A stretch of 64,000 nucleotides of DNA from Octopus sinensis (lineage: Eukaryota), in the NCBI RefSeq assembly GCF_006345805.1, contig NC_043006.1:23994001-24058000 (forward strand). The letters are read 5' to 3'. The position numbers and the translations under genes were made by a program. Shown one piece after another: positions 52,556 through 64,000 of the stretch. The notes under the pieces were generated by a model. The model was given only the letters and a program-made list of their open reading frames with translations, had not been told where the DNA came from and made no database searches. Within the stretch, counting starts at the first letter, position 1; every line of letters starts with the position of its first letter.

Positions 52556-53413
52556 ATAGGAGAAGGAAAGATCCAGAGAAAGGAATATATATATGTATAA
52601 TATATAAATATATGCATATATACATACATATATGTACATACCTACATATATATGTATATATACATGCATATATGGGTACAGGGCATAAAAAAATATGAAC
52701 AAAATGAGAAACGAGAACATAAAAAACAAAAACAGAAAACGAACATTTTTTCAAACAACAAAAGAAACAAATAGGGAAACGAGACAGGCAACATAAAGAA
52801 CATTCCCTTCATCAGTTGTCCCGTTTCATCTACTCCATGTTTCGAAGGTAGGGACAAGACGTGACTTCATTAAAACAGTCGTTCCCGCAAAGCAAATTAA
52901 ATAAAATTTGGGATTTTTGTGGAGGGTTAAAGTGATAACAAAAACAGGACAGTAAGAATAAAACAGTAAAAACAAACGGTGAGGGCTGTTAAGCCAAGAC
53001 GAGGTGAAGTGGTGAATGCTGGAAAAACGAGCTTTGAGAAGAGACAGGAAAAAGCACGTCATGCTTTTAGGAAGGAAGTGGAAGAAAGAAAGATGGATAG
53101 CCGTTGGTCACATGTGAGCAACGAGAGAGTCAAGGAGGAAGAGTGAGAGAGAGGAGAAGAATAGGGAAAGAGTAGGAGAGAAAACAGAAAGCACATACAC
53201 ATGCAAATATATTTGTAGTAGTTTTGTATATCTATCTTTTAAGAATCCATGGTAGTTTGTGAATTAAAGACAACAGAAACTTTTATTGCCACTGTATGAC
53301 TGGCTGAATAAACAAGTTCTACTTTTTACTTCCTAACTGAGAAGTTATAGTATAGCCATCCAGCTGTAAAAGCAACTGCAAAAATAAAAAATTCAATTAT
53401 TTTCCATTTTCAG

Positions 53414-53476
53414 GTGCTCGCATAAATGTGCCCAACAAATCTGGAATTTATCCAATTGACTGTGCCAGTAATGCAG
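53414..53476 (+). CDS. Ankyrin-repeat protein, coding exon 7
   Basis: tttccattttcAG|GT...GCA G|GTAACT; GARINVPNKSGIYPIDCASNAG; 63 nt, phase 1 to 1. Confidence 0.9.
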
Positions 53477-53539
53477 GTAACTATATCAAATAATTTTTTT
53501 TTTATATATATTGGAGAGTCCACAGGTAGCCATGTCAAT

Positions 53540-54058
53540 TGAGCTGTGGTTCTCAGATAGAAGCCTGTCGTATATATCAAGCTGGATGGTGTCAAACCTA
53601 TGGGGTGAAAGCATTTGAAGAGGCCAGGATAACGCATGCAAGACTCAAGAGAGATTTAAGGAAGAATATTATGATTGAGAAGGTGAATGACATTGACCTT
53701 TTGCATACACAGTTTGTGACAGACCATGCTTTTCTTATGCTGGGCTCATATCTCATTTGCAAACCCATGGAAAACAAACCTCCACCAACTATTCTGCTTA
53801 AATGTCTGTGCACACCTTCGAATGCAGTGTATCCCAGAAGGTTTGCAGATCTAACGGAGGCCTCAAAAAACATTTTAAGATCCACAAAGATCAGAACTTA
53901 TCTGCAGCTCTTGGGTGGTCCAAATCAGATATGCAATCTATGTGGGTGTTTTTTCAGAACATTGTTTGGTTTAAAAAGCCACATCAGATGCCATGATGGT
54001 TCTATGGTGTAGGTACATGAAGTGATCAAACTCTGCATAAAGAGTAGACAACCACCAT
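53540..54058 (+). mobile_element. Degraded LINE 3' end (RTE-like) with C2H2 zinc-finger remnants
   Basis: GVKAFEEARI...KR.LRK, FECSVSQKVCRSNGGLKKHFKIH and CNLCGCFFRTLFGLKSHIRCH lie in different frames; no splice link to the ankyrin gene. Confidence 0.6.
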
Positions 54059-54687
54059 ATATATATATATTATATATATATATATATATAACAGGCTTCT
54101 ATCTGAGAATCGGATGTATATAATTTATTTTCAAGTGATAAAATTTTCTCTATATATAGGACACATCGAAGGGCTCAGTATGTTTAAACCATAGGAAAAT
54201 AGGAAAAATAATGATGAGAGACAAAAGATAGGTTACTAAAACATTCTGTAGTAAAATTATAATGTGCACAAAATCATGTGCTAAAATATATAGATATATA
54301 AATATATAAATACACTTAAGAATATATAAAATATACATGAAATAAATATATTCTTAGCATATTTATATATTTATATTGATATATGTGCTCATAATAATTT
54401 TACTACAGAATATATTTTAGTAACCTATCTTTTGTCTCTCATCATTATTTTTCCTACACACACACACACTCATAAATATATATATATATACTACAAAATT
54501 AGAAAATGGAGAAACATACTTAAATCAATCAAACATCAACCATCAGATGATACCCAATCAATACTTTATTACACCATTACATAACAGTAAAGGCATTATA
54601 CAAAATATATTGTAAATATAATTAGACAAGGAAATAGAAATATAAAATATAAAATATAATATGTAATTATATCATATCTGACAGCTG

Positions 54688-54718
<31 letters not shown>

Positions 54719-54742
54719 TATATATATTATATATATATATAT

Positions 54743-54794
<52 letters not shown>

Positions 54795-54849
54795 TGGAAT
54801 TTTGTGGGGGATTATACCATATAGTTTTTCTTTACCTGGTTTTCATAGT

Positions 54850-55730
54850 GTTTGGGAATCCTTTTCAAGGGATGCATTTTATCCCATCATCAAAGCCACT
54901 TCCACTCAGGGCCTCGTTGTAAGGTATGGTTGAACTGTCAAATGTCTCTTTATTGGATATTTTAGAGAATTTTTTTGATAAGGTTTATTGGTAAGATTTG
55001 AGGGTGGGTAGTTAGAATTTTTATTAATGTAATGTATAACCTCATTAGGTTTTCTATAGGAACTGTATATAATTAAAGCTAGATTTAAAATGGTATCTCA
55101 GTTTACTATGCTGGTGTTATTACTATCAGTGATCTTGAGGCTGAACCTTAAGAAAGCATTAATTAACTTTTTATAAGGTGGTCTAATTAGTGTCCAGTTT
55201 TATTAGCTAGTACTATAAGACTGTCATTTAAGGTGGTGAGCTAGTAGAATCGTCTGCATGCTACACAAAATGAGTAGTAGTGTTTCATCTGTTCTGGCTA
55301 GGTTGACTGCCTTTCATCTTTTTGAAGTTGATAAAATAAGCTGCAGGGGTTGGTGTAACTGACTAACTCCCACCCCTGAAACTGCTGGCCTTGTGCCAAA
55401 ATTGAAAACCAATATGATCTCTGTTCAATTCTAATTCTAAAAAATTAAATCTAGATGTTGTATTGCCTAAAACAAATAACCCTGTAAGGTTGCTGATTTC
55501 TTCTCCATCATAGCTGCCAATTAGAACATTGAAAAGTTCCCATCCATTATGTTTCTCCCACAAAATCATTAAAAGATAGAAGCAACTTTCTGGCTTGCAT
55601 AGGGATATTTATGTCCAGCTATGTAATCATAGCATTTTCACCAGCAAAACTTAAGTCTTTTATTTATAGCCCCTTGGTGGTAGAAAAGTAAAAATCAATT
55701 ATGTCAAATTGAGTGAATAAACAGTTGTAT
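54850..55730 (-). mobile_element. Penelope-like element RT relic (Naiad-like), interrupted by a SINE
   Basis: FNVLIGSYDGEEISNLTGLFVL resembles the MGSYDGAE RT motif; downstream YINKNSNYPP...YNEALSGSGF thumb-region remnants. Confidence 0.7.
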
Positions 55731-56124
55731 TAAGTTGTGTCTGGGGAGAATCATTCTCTTTTAGTGCTTTATTATTTAACTCACTTGTAAAAATTGTAGT
55801 ATAAAAATTAACACTTCCTTCTCCAAGCTTAAATTCAAAACCGAATCTAAGGATTCTCTCATATTCAAACCACTACGATCAACAGGTGCGAAAAAAGGTT
55901 TTCTTTGTCCTGTCAAAAAATGATAAATCATATCCCTTTGACCTATGACCTCAGCCATGTCAGGCGAAACTCACCGGTAAAATTTCCACTCATTTACTTA
56001 TTTATTTTTCTAGAATTTTTGTTGCATCATGCAACCTTTTCAATAGTTGTTGATTCTGTCCATTATTCAAGTTGCATTCTTTTTTGTTTGTGCGAATGTC
56101 TTGGTCAGTGTGTGCATACACATC

Positions 56125-56158
<34 letters not shown>

Positions 56159-56415
56159 TATATGGATGCATGTATGTATGTATGCATGCGTGTGCATGTG
56201 CAAATGTATATATGTATGTGTGTGTATATATGTATGTGTGTATTTATGCATGTATGCATGTATGTATGCATTATGTGTGTGTGTGCATGTGCGTATATAT
56301 ATATGTATGTATGTGTGTGTGTGTGTATATATATGTATGTATGTATGCATGCATGTAAGTGTGTGTATGCAGGTATGTATGCATGTATTTAAGTCTGTGT
56401 GCATGCACATATGTA

Positions 56416-56446
<31 letters not shown>

Positions 56447-56788
56447 ATATATGTATGTGTGTATATTTGTTTGTATGTATTCTGTATATTCATGTGTTTG
56501 TATGTTTGTGTGTTTTCATGTGTGTGTGTACCTCAGTCTCCTTGTGTACACATGTCTGAGTGTATGTGTGTGTATGGGTTTTTGTGACTATGTACTGCGT
56601 TGTATCAAATTATCAACTAATTTGTCACTGAAAGTCATTTGAATCTGGATGCTGAAAAAAATAAACATACAACAAACTTATTGTATACAATAGTCAGGTG
56701 CACTGCAAACCCATCAGAAGTTGAACAAGTTGAAGTACATTCATTCTTTATCAGTAAAAAATAAACTGTTTCCTTTGTTGCCTGCTAG

Positions 56789-56970
56789 GTCATCCAGAAA
56801 TAGCCAAAATCCTGGCATTTAAAGTGAACAACCCCCATGTGTGGGATGTCGTGGAACCTCACACTCCTCCCAGTATAAAAATGGGCTTAAGAACTCCCAT
56901 GCGACCAAACATTTTGCAAAGTCCAACTTACAAACGATCGTTCATCTCCCAAAGGATGAAACCAATGTGA
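56789..56970 (+). CDS. Ankyrin-repeat protein, terminal coding exon 8
   Basis: ttgcctgctAG|GT CAT CCA...ATG TGA; GHPEIAKILAFKVNNPHVWDVVEPHTPPSIKMGLRTPMRPNILQSPTYKRSFISQRMKPM* completes the last ankyrin repeat. AATAAA at 57013. Summed CDS is 858 nt with no internal stop. Confidence 0.88.
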
Positions 56971-57176
56971 GAGGGAAAAAAAAACAAGAGAGGAAAATAA
57001 CAAAAGTAGAGGAATAAAAATTACAAATGGACAAATGCTGGGTTGTCAGATAAATTTGTCTTATTTTTCTACTTGGCACTCCTGAAAAGAGGTAAAATTT
57101 TTTGCAAATCTCAAAAACAATAAAAAAAAAGTTGTGGCAGAAGAATAGACCTTTATTATTATTATTATTATTATTA

Positions 57177-57217
<41 letters not shown>

Positions 57218-57546
57218 TGGAGTAATGTCATCTGTTCTTACGTTCTGAGTTCTAATTCCGCCGAGGACATCTATGCTTTACATCATTTTGGGGTCGATAA
57301 AATAAGTACCTGTTGAGCACTTGGTTCCATGTATTTCATTTATCTCCTACCCCCAAATTGCTGGCCTTGTGCCAAAATTTAAAACCATTATTATAATTTA
57401 CAGTTAGTTGTAACCCAAGAGATCTGAAATTGTTTTTGTTTTTCTTTAATTTTAGCTGTTAATTTAAATTTAAATAAAAAAAAATTGTTGACAAATAAAG
57501 ATAGAAAAACAAACTGTGTTGAATATCTTTTATTTTTTACTTGTTA

Positions 57547-57950
57547 CAGCCCTACAATGTGTGCCCCTTTCTCACAGTTTTTTAATGTGTTCTCCCTTCT
57601 CCCAGGTCTACAATGTGTGTTCCCTTCTCCTGTCTTTTTAATGTGTTCTCCCTCTTCTTCCAGCCTTTCAATGTATTCTCCCTTCTCCCAACCCCACAAT
57701 GTATGCCCTCTTCTCCCAGTTTCTCAGTGTATTCTCTCTTTTCTCAGCCCTAGAAATGGAGTTGGCCAGCGCCCTACAATGTGTGCCCTCTTCTTCCAAC
57801 CTTTCAATGTGTTCTCCCTTCTCCCAGCCCCCACAATGCATGCTCTCTTCTTCCAATCTTTCAATGTGTTCTCCTTTCTCCCAGCTCTGCAATGTGTAAC
57901 CCCTTTTCCCAGATTTTCAGTGTGTTCCCCCTTTTCCCAGCCTTAGAGAT
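57547..57950. repeat. Degenerate minisatellite, unit about 26-30 bp (CAATGTGTTCTCCCTTCTCCCAGCCTT)
   Basis: More than ten adjacent diverged units, with no unique spacers. Confidence 0.85.
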
Positions 57951-58991
57951 GGAGCTGGCCAGACTCCAGTTGTCTCCAGGTGGCATGGTTTCTATGGCTA
58001 GATATATAGTTAAAATTTATAGAAAAACAGACGAAGACAGGTGTATGAACAACAAGCAAATGTATTAGTTTGATGCTCAGGAAAAATGGAAAAGTCTTTT
58101 ATGTTTCAACCCTAGGCTCTTTGACAGAAAGGAATAAGAGGAAATGAATAGAGACAGAATGAAAAAAAATACGTGTTGAGTTCAGTGGTCCACCATGACC
58201 CAACATATAATATTAAAGCAAAATAGCTACTCTAACCCCAGGAAGATCTTCCATCAGCTGGTTATCAGTGCAACGCTGCACCCTTTATATACAGTATATA
58301 TTGCTAGCTGGGGGAGTGAACCCCAACCATCCCCTAGCAGACAATAGGATCACAAGACTGACTCAGTTTCAATCTGCTCGGTTCATCCTCAGTCGGGAGT
58401 GCCTGGCCACAAAAGTGATAATGAGGGTCTGCTCCAGCCAGCAATATATTGTAAACGAAGTGACCATCGGTCACTGATTTGCATCATCAAAAGAGCTAGT
58501 TGTAAAATCTCCAGAAGAGGTCAGAGTAGTAACTATTTTAACTAATAAAGTTAATTGCCACATCAAAGTGGCTGTTCTATGGTTACTACTAGTTTAACCC
58601 CAGGCAGATCTTCCGCTTGGCTCATATTTTACAACTTTTCCACTTTTTCAAGATCAGTGACTTTTCGTCACTGGAAAAAGGATATATATTTGCATTGAGA
58701 ATCACTTCCCATCGCCAACCAGTGGTTGTCACATGCTGATGATGTGTTAATACCCAGAAACTCAGGTTTGTGTGTTACACGTCAGGTTGGAGATGGGAAT
58801 GATGACTTCCCTTTCCAAATACTGACAGGGCACAGACAGTGTGTCAAATAGCCAGCTGGAGGAGATGTCTACCTGGGGCTACAAGCTACAGTAGCATCGA
58901 CCCTTAAGGGTTAGCCACATTTAGGTGGCAAATACACTTCACAATGTTGTGCTGCTACTGTTTATACCTCGCTCAGAGATTTATTATTGCT

Positions 58992-59042
<51 letters not shown>

Positions 59043-59388
59043 TATAAAATGAGATAGGGGTTGAAAATTCAACCCACCATGGGATAACATATATCCAATA
59101 TACTGCTAGAGAGGTACCCAACAAGACTAATACATAAATGTTAAAAATTGCCATGCAATTAATTCATCTACTGTATTATGTGGGCAAGGGTAAAAATATT
59201 ACCGTAAATTAATAATACAAAATTAGAAAATGGAGAAACATACTTAAATCAATCAAACATCAACCATCAGATAATACCCAATCAATACTTTATTACACCA
59301 TTACATAACAGCAAAGGCATTATACAAAATATATTGTAAATATAATTAGACAAGGAAATAGAAATATAAAATATTCCCCAAGTAAGTT

Positions 59389-59426
<38 letters not shown>

Positions 59427-59526
59427 AGAAGAAAATGGATATAATAACAATCGGAAACTCATGGATTACGCTGGCATGTCTTTAATTAAATAGGTAACAA
59501 AGAAGTAAGAAGCAGGGATGAGGGTG

Positions 59527-59577
59527 GTATTTACGATTGTTTCGATTTACTGGAGTAAGTAAATCTCTTCAAGATGC
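59527..59577 (-). ncRNA. Degenerate type I hammerhead downstream of the PLE endonuclease (copy at 61178..61228)
   Basis: Minus strand: TTGAAGA-GATTTAC ttactcca GTAAATC-GAAA-CAATCG-TA. Perfect 7-bp stem II; stem I has mismatches. Confidence 0.6.
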
Positions 59578-60439
59578 ATAACTCTACCCTAACCCTAAAA
59601 TAGATTGAAATGCAAGAGATCGATACTAGGGTTATAATTATGGGTGACAATTTCATTTCACACCGCTAGAAAAAAATCCCATTTTCCGTAGCGGTGTCGT
59701 ATGAAATTGTCACCCATAATTATAACCCTAGTATCGATCTCTTGCATTTCAATCTATTTTAGGGTTAGGGTTAGGGGTGGAGGAAGGGTATCTTTTTTTC
59801 TTCGCAAATGTAAATAAACCCAATCTGTTTCTTGAACGAGTGACATATTCATACAGCACGGAATGTTTACACCCCAAATGGAGGTCAGCGATTGGTTAAA
59901 ATTGCCGAAATGCTCGAGATTTCAGACGAAATATCTTACAAACTATAGAATTTTCTCAATAAAGCCAAGAAAAAATGATGTTTAATAAACACATTCTACC
60001 AGTATACGAAGTTTAAAAGTGTTTAGTTAACAAGAAATTGTGTTGACATGTGCCGTTCAAAAGGAAAAGATCCTCGTTGGGTAATTAGGGCGTGGTGAGT
60101 ATTATCTAGGTGCAGGTTACCTCGTTTAATTAAGCACATTTATTCTCACGTGTTCATCTCGTATTATAGATTTTGACACCAGCGGTGTAAGTGAAGGGGG
60201 TAACTCTAGCAGGGTGAAAAGGGAGCTAACTCTTACCAAATAGTGGGTGGTTTGAAAATGTGTTACGTCTAATAATTGTTTTATTACTAGAGTTTAGGAA
60301 TTTCTTAATGCTAGGCGGGGCCCTAAACATTTGCAAGGTGTATTATTATGGAATGTTTGGAGCGAGTGGGTTTTCAGGGTGACTATTCATGACTATTCAT
60401 GTGTTACTCTGTTAATTAGGCTTATATAGATGAGTATTC

Positions 60440-60830
60440 TAGTTTGGGATTATGAAGGCATAGAGGGCTTCATGAAGACAAGACCCTTTTGCCATTCTAT
60501 CGGTATTTCAAAAATACATAAAGGCCCACGTGAAGACAAAAAAACGTTGTTCTCAAATTTTCTGTTGAGAAGGGTTTACTTAGCTGTAGGTATAGCTAGG
60601 CATTCTGATAGGCAGAGATAATAGCGTCTACTTGCGGTGTTGTAGGAGGCTGTTTTGGGGAGTATACGCCAGTTCAAGCTAAAATCTATTTTTTTGTCCT
60701 TTAGTTCCCAAATGTATGTACTAAGTCCTGTTGAGTTTGCCTTGTTCCTATATCTGAAGCTGGAGAGATGCATATTATATCTGAGAATCATTTGGTTCTT
60801 AGTTGCACCTATGTAAGATTTTGTCTAACT
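60440..60830 (-). pseudogene. PLE GIY-YIG endonuclease fragment (copy 1)
   Basis: KSYIGATKNQMILRYNMHLSSFR...STGLSTYIWELK...WRIL...YNTASRRYYLCLSE. Confidence 0.85.
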
Positions 60831-60832
60831 TG

Positions 60833-60863
<31 letters not shown>

Positions 60864-62090
60864 TAATCCAAACGTGAAAACGCAAAGAGAAAACACAACA
60901 ACATGAGGACGTGGAACAAATATAGTATTATTGGACGCTCAGGAAAGAAGAAGGGTTTAACGTTTTGAGCGGAGCTCTTCGTCGGAAACATAGGATAAGG
61001 GAAGACAGAGGAAAAAAAATCGCCAACGGTACACACGCAGTCACATTTTGAATATATATTATATATATATATATAAGAGAAGAAAATGGATATAATAACA
61101 ATCGGAAACTCATGGATTACGCTGGCATGTCTTTAATTAAATAGGTAACAAAGAAGTAAGAAGCAGGGATGAGGGTGGTATTTACGATTGTTTCGATTTA
61201 CTGGAGTAAGTAAATCTCTTCAAGATGCATAACTCTACCCTAACCCTAAAATAGATTGAAATGCAAGAGATCGATACTAGGGTTATAATTATGGGTGACA
61301 ATTTCATTTCACACCGCTAGAAAAAAATCCCATTTTCCGTAGCGGTGTCGTATGAAATTGTCACCCATAATTATAACCCTAGTATCGATCTCTTGCATTT
61401 CAATCTATTTTAGGGTTAGGGTTAGGGGTGGAGGAAGGGTATCTTTTTTTCTTCGCAAATGTAAATAAACCCAATCTGTTTCTTGAACGAGTGACATATT
61501 CATACAGCACGGAATGTTTACACCCCAAATGGAGGTCAGCGATTGGTTAAAATTGCCGAAATGCTCGAGATTTCAGACGAAATATCTTACAAACTATAGA
61601 ATTTTCTCAATAAAGCCAAGAAAAAATGATGTTTAATAAACACATTCTACCAGTATACGAAGTTTAAAAGTGTTTAGTTAACAAGAAATTGTGTTGACAT
61701 GTGCCGTTCAAAAGGAAAAGATCCTCGTTGGGTAATTAGGGCGTGGTGAGTATTATCTAGGTGCAGGTTACCTCGTTTAATTAAGCACATTTATTCTCAC
61801 GTGTTCATCTCGTATTATAGATTTTGACACCAGCGGTGTAAGTGAAGGGGGTAACTCTAGCAGGGTGAAAAGGGAGCTAACTCTTACCAAATAGTGGGTG
61901 GTTTGAAAATGTGTTACGTCTAATAATTGTTTTATTACTAGAGTTTAGGAATTTCTTAATGCTAGGCGGGGCCCTAAACATTTGCAAGGTGTATTATTAT
62001 GGAATGTTTGGAGCGAGTGGGTTTCCAGGGTGACTATTCATGACTATTCATGTGTTACTCTGTTAATTAGGCTTATATAGATGAGTATTC

Positions 62091-62481
62091 TAGTTTGGGA
62101 TTATGAAGGCATATAGGGCTTCATGAAGACAAGACCCTTTTGCCATTCTATCGGTATTTCAAAAATACATAAAGGCCCACGTGAAGACAAAAAAACGTTG
62201 TTCTCAAATTTTCTGTTGAGAAGGGTTTACTTAGCTGTAGGTATAGCTAGGCATTCTGATAGGCAGAGATAATAGCGTCTACTTGCGGTGTTGTAGGAGG
62301 CTGTTTTGGGGAGTATACGCCAGTTCAAGCTAAAATCTATTTTTTTGTCCTTTAGTTCCCAAATGTATGTACTAAGTCCTGTTGAGTTTGCCTTGTTCCT
62401 ATATCTGAAGCTGGAGAGATGCATATTATATCTGAGAATCATTTGGTTCTTAGTTGCACCTATGTAAGATTTTGTCTAACT
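62091..62481 (-). pseudogene. PLE GIY-YIG endonuclease fragment (copy 2)
   Basis: Duplicate of 60440..60830. Confidence 0.85.
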
Positions 62482-62516
<35 letters not shown>

Positions 62517-63366
62517 TAATCCAAACGTGAAAACGCAAAGAGAAAACACAACAACATGAGGACGTGGAACAAATATAGTATTATTGGACGCTCAGGAAAG
62601 AAGAAGGGTTTAACGTTTTGAGCGGAGCTCTTCGTCGGAAACATAGGATAAGGGAAGACAGAGGAAAAAAAATCGCCAACGGTACACACGCAGTCACATT
62701 TTGAATATATATATATATATATATTCTTTTATTCTTTTACTTGTTTCTGTCATTTGACTATGGCCATGCTGGAGCACCACCTTTGTGTCGAATAAATCGG
62801 CCCTACGACTTATTCTTTGTAAGCCTAGTACTTATTCTATCAGTTCTCTTTTGCCAAGCTGCAAATGTGACGGAAACATAAACACTCCAACATTGGTTGT
62901 CAAGCGATGGTGGGGACACAAACACAGGCACAAACAACAAACACACACACACACACACATGCATACATACATACATAATCCACTCATAAGGCTTTGACCG
63001 GGCTGAGGCTATTGTAGAAGGCACTTGCCCAAGGTGCCACGCAGTAGGACTGAACCCGAAACCATGTGGTTCGTACACAAGCTTCTTACCACACAGCCAC
63101 TCATGCACCAACCCATGCCAACATGGAAAACAGATGTTAAACGATGATGATGATGATGATGATGATATATAATATAAATAAGGTTAGATAAGCTGGTCTA
63201 TGGGATAACACTGAGTTTCACATCCATAGAACACTTAACTTTACGGCATATCATCAGATATCAAAACTTGTTGGTTTAAGGCCTCTCTAGCATGTGGCCT
63301 TATCTAACTTAATTTATATATCTATATTATATACTACTCTTCTTTTTCAGATTTATGTTTTACCAA

Positions 63367-63427
<61 letters not shown>

Positions 63428-63455
63428 TGTATGTATGTATGTATGTATATATATA

Positions 63456-63490
<35 letters not shown>

Positions 63491-63491
<1 letters not shown>

Positions 63492-63912
63492 ATTTCAACA
63501 ATTGAGGGCAAAATTAATTAATTATTAATCAATTTCACCAAGTGTTCAGTATGCAAAGGGACCATTCAAGGCGAATTCAAATTATTACATTATATAAAAG
63601 GGCTTAGTAAAATAAATTACTTTGCCGCATACTGAACTCATTAGAAATAGCAGCTAAAAAACTTTTTAAAGCTATTTCTAATACTTAAAGAAAATCTCTC
63701 TCATATATAGTGTTTGCTTAATTCAACTCGTGAGTTGAATTAATCTCTCTCATATATAGTGTTTGCTTATTCAACTTGTGAGTTGAATTAAGCAAACACT
63801 ATATATGAGAGAGATTTTCTTTAAGTATTAGAAATAGCTTTAAAAAAGTTTTTTAGCTGCTATTCTAATGAGTTCAGTATGCGGCAAAGTAATTTATTTT
63901 ACTAAGCCCTTT

Positions 63913-63920
<8 letters not shown>
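63491..63920. repeat. Fold-back element in (TA)n; arms about 63590..63729 / 63781..63920
   Basis: Near-perfect inverted arms, with a partly re-duplicated centre. Confidence 0.85.
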
Positions 63921-63980
<60 letters not shown>

Positions 63981-64000
63981 TATATATAAGGATTACATCA

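Larger units (their letters stand above)
59421..62720. repeat. Near-identical direct tandem duplication, unit about 1651 bp
   Basis: 59421..61071 versus 61072..62720; identical ORFs at 60576 and 62227; only a couple of substitutions seen. Confidence 0.93.

Noticed and set aside
53539-54012. Zinc-finger-like ORF as part of the ankyrin gene
   Set aside because: Fingers are frameshifted and broken, and exon 7 joins cleanly to 56789 to complete an ankyrin repeat.
57547-57950. Regularly spaced repeats that could suggest a CRISPR array
   Set aside because: Units are adjacent and degenerate with no unique spacers, in eukaryotic DNA; this is a minisatellite.
59760-59778. TTAGGG repeats as a telomere or healed break
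   Set aside because: Only two to three units, located inside a repeat element.

Overview
AT-rich, microsatellite-dense animal genomic DNA. The SINE/LINE content points to an octopod cephalopod (inference). One host gene can be assembled by hand on the + strand: eight coding exons (21652..56970) with canonical GT-AG splice sites and consistent phases, encoding a 285-aa protein with an N-terminal membrane anchor and about five ankyrin repeats. The rest is transposon-derived: a GC-rich Ty3/gypsy element at the left edge, a solo LTR, Helitrons, RTE, CR1 and R4/Dong LINE fragments, several tRNA-derived SINE families and Penelope-like element (PLE) relics with RT and GIY-YIG motifs. The most unusual signal is a set of small non-coding elements carrying minimal type I hammerhead ribozyme (HHR) motifs, often with inverted 5' duplications typical of PLE insertion. 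These are (i) a 363-bp retrozyme-like tandem array with a U3-A8 variant core and a 13-bp target-site duplication (43470..44840), (ii) a family joining a tRNA-like Pol III head to an HHR-bearing tail, i.e. a candidate PLE-mobilised SINE, and (iii) several fold-back elements embedded in (TA)n. All calls were made by eye; no searches or folding programs were run, and repeat boundaries are approximate unless stated.
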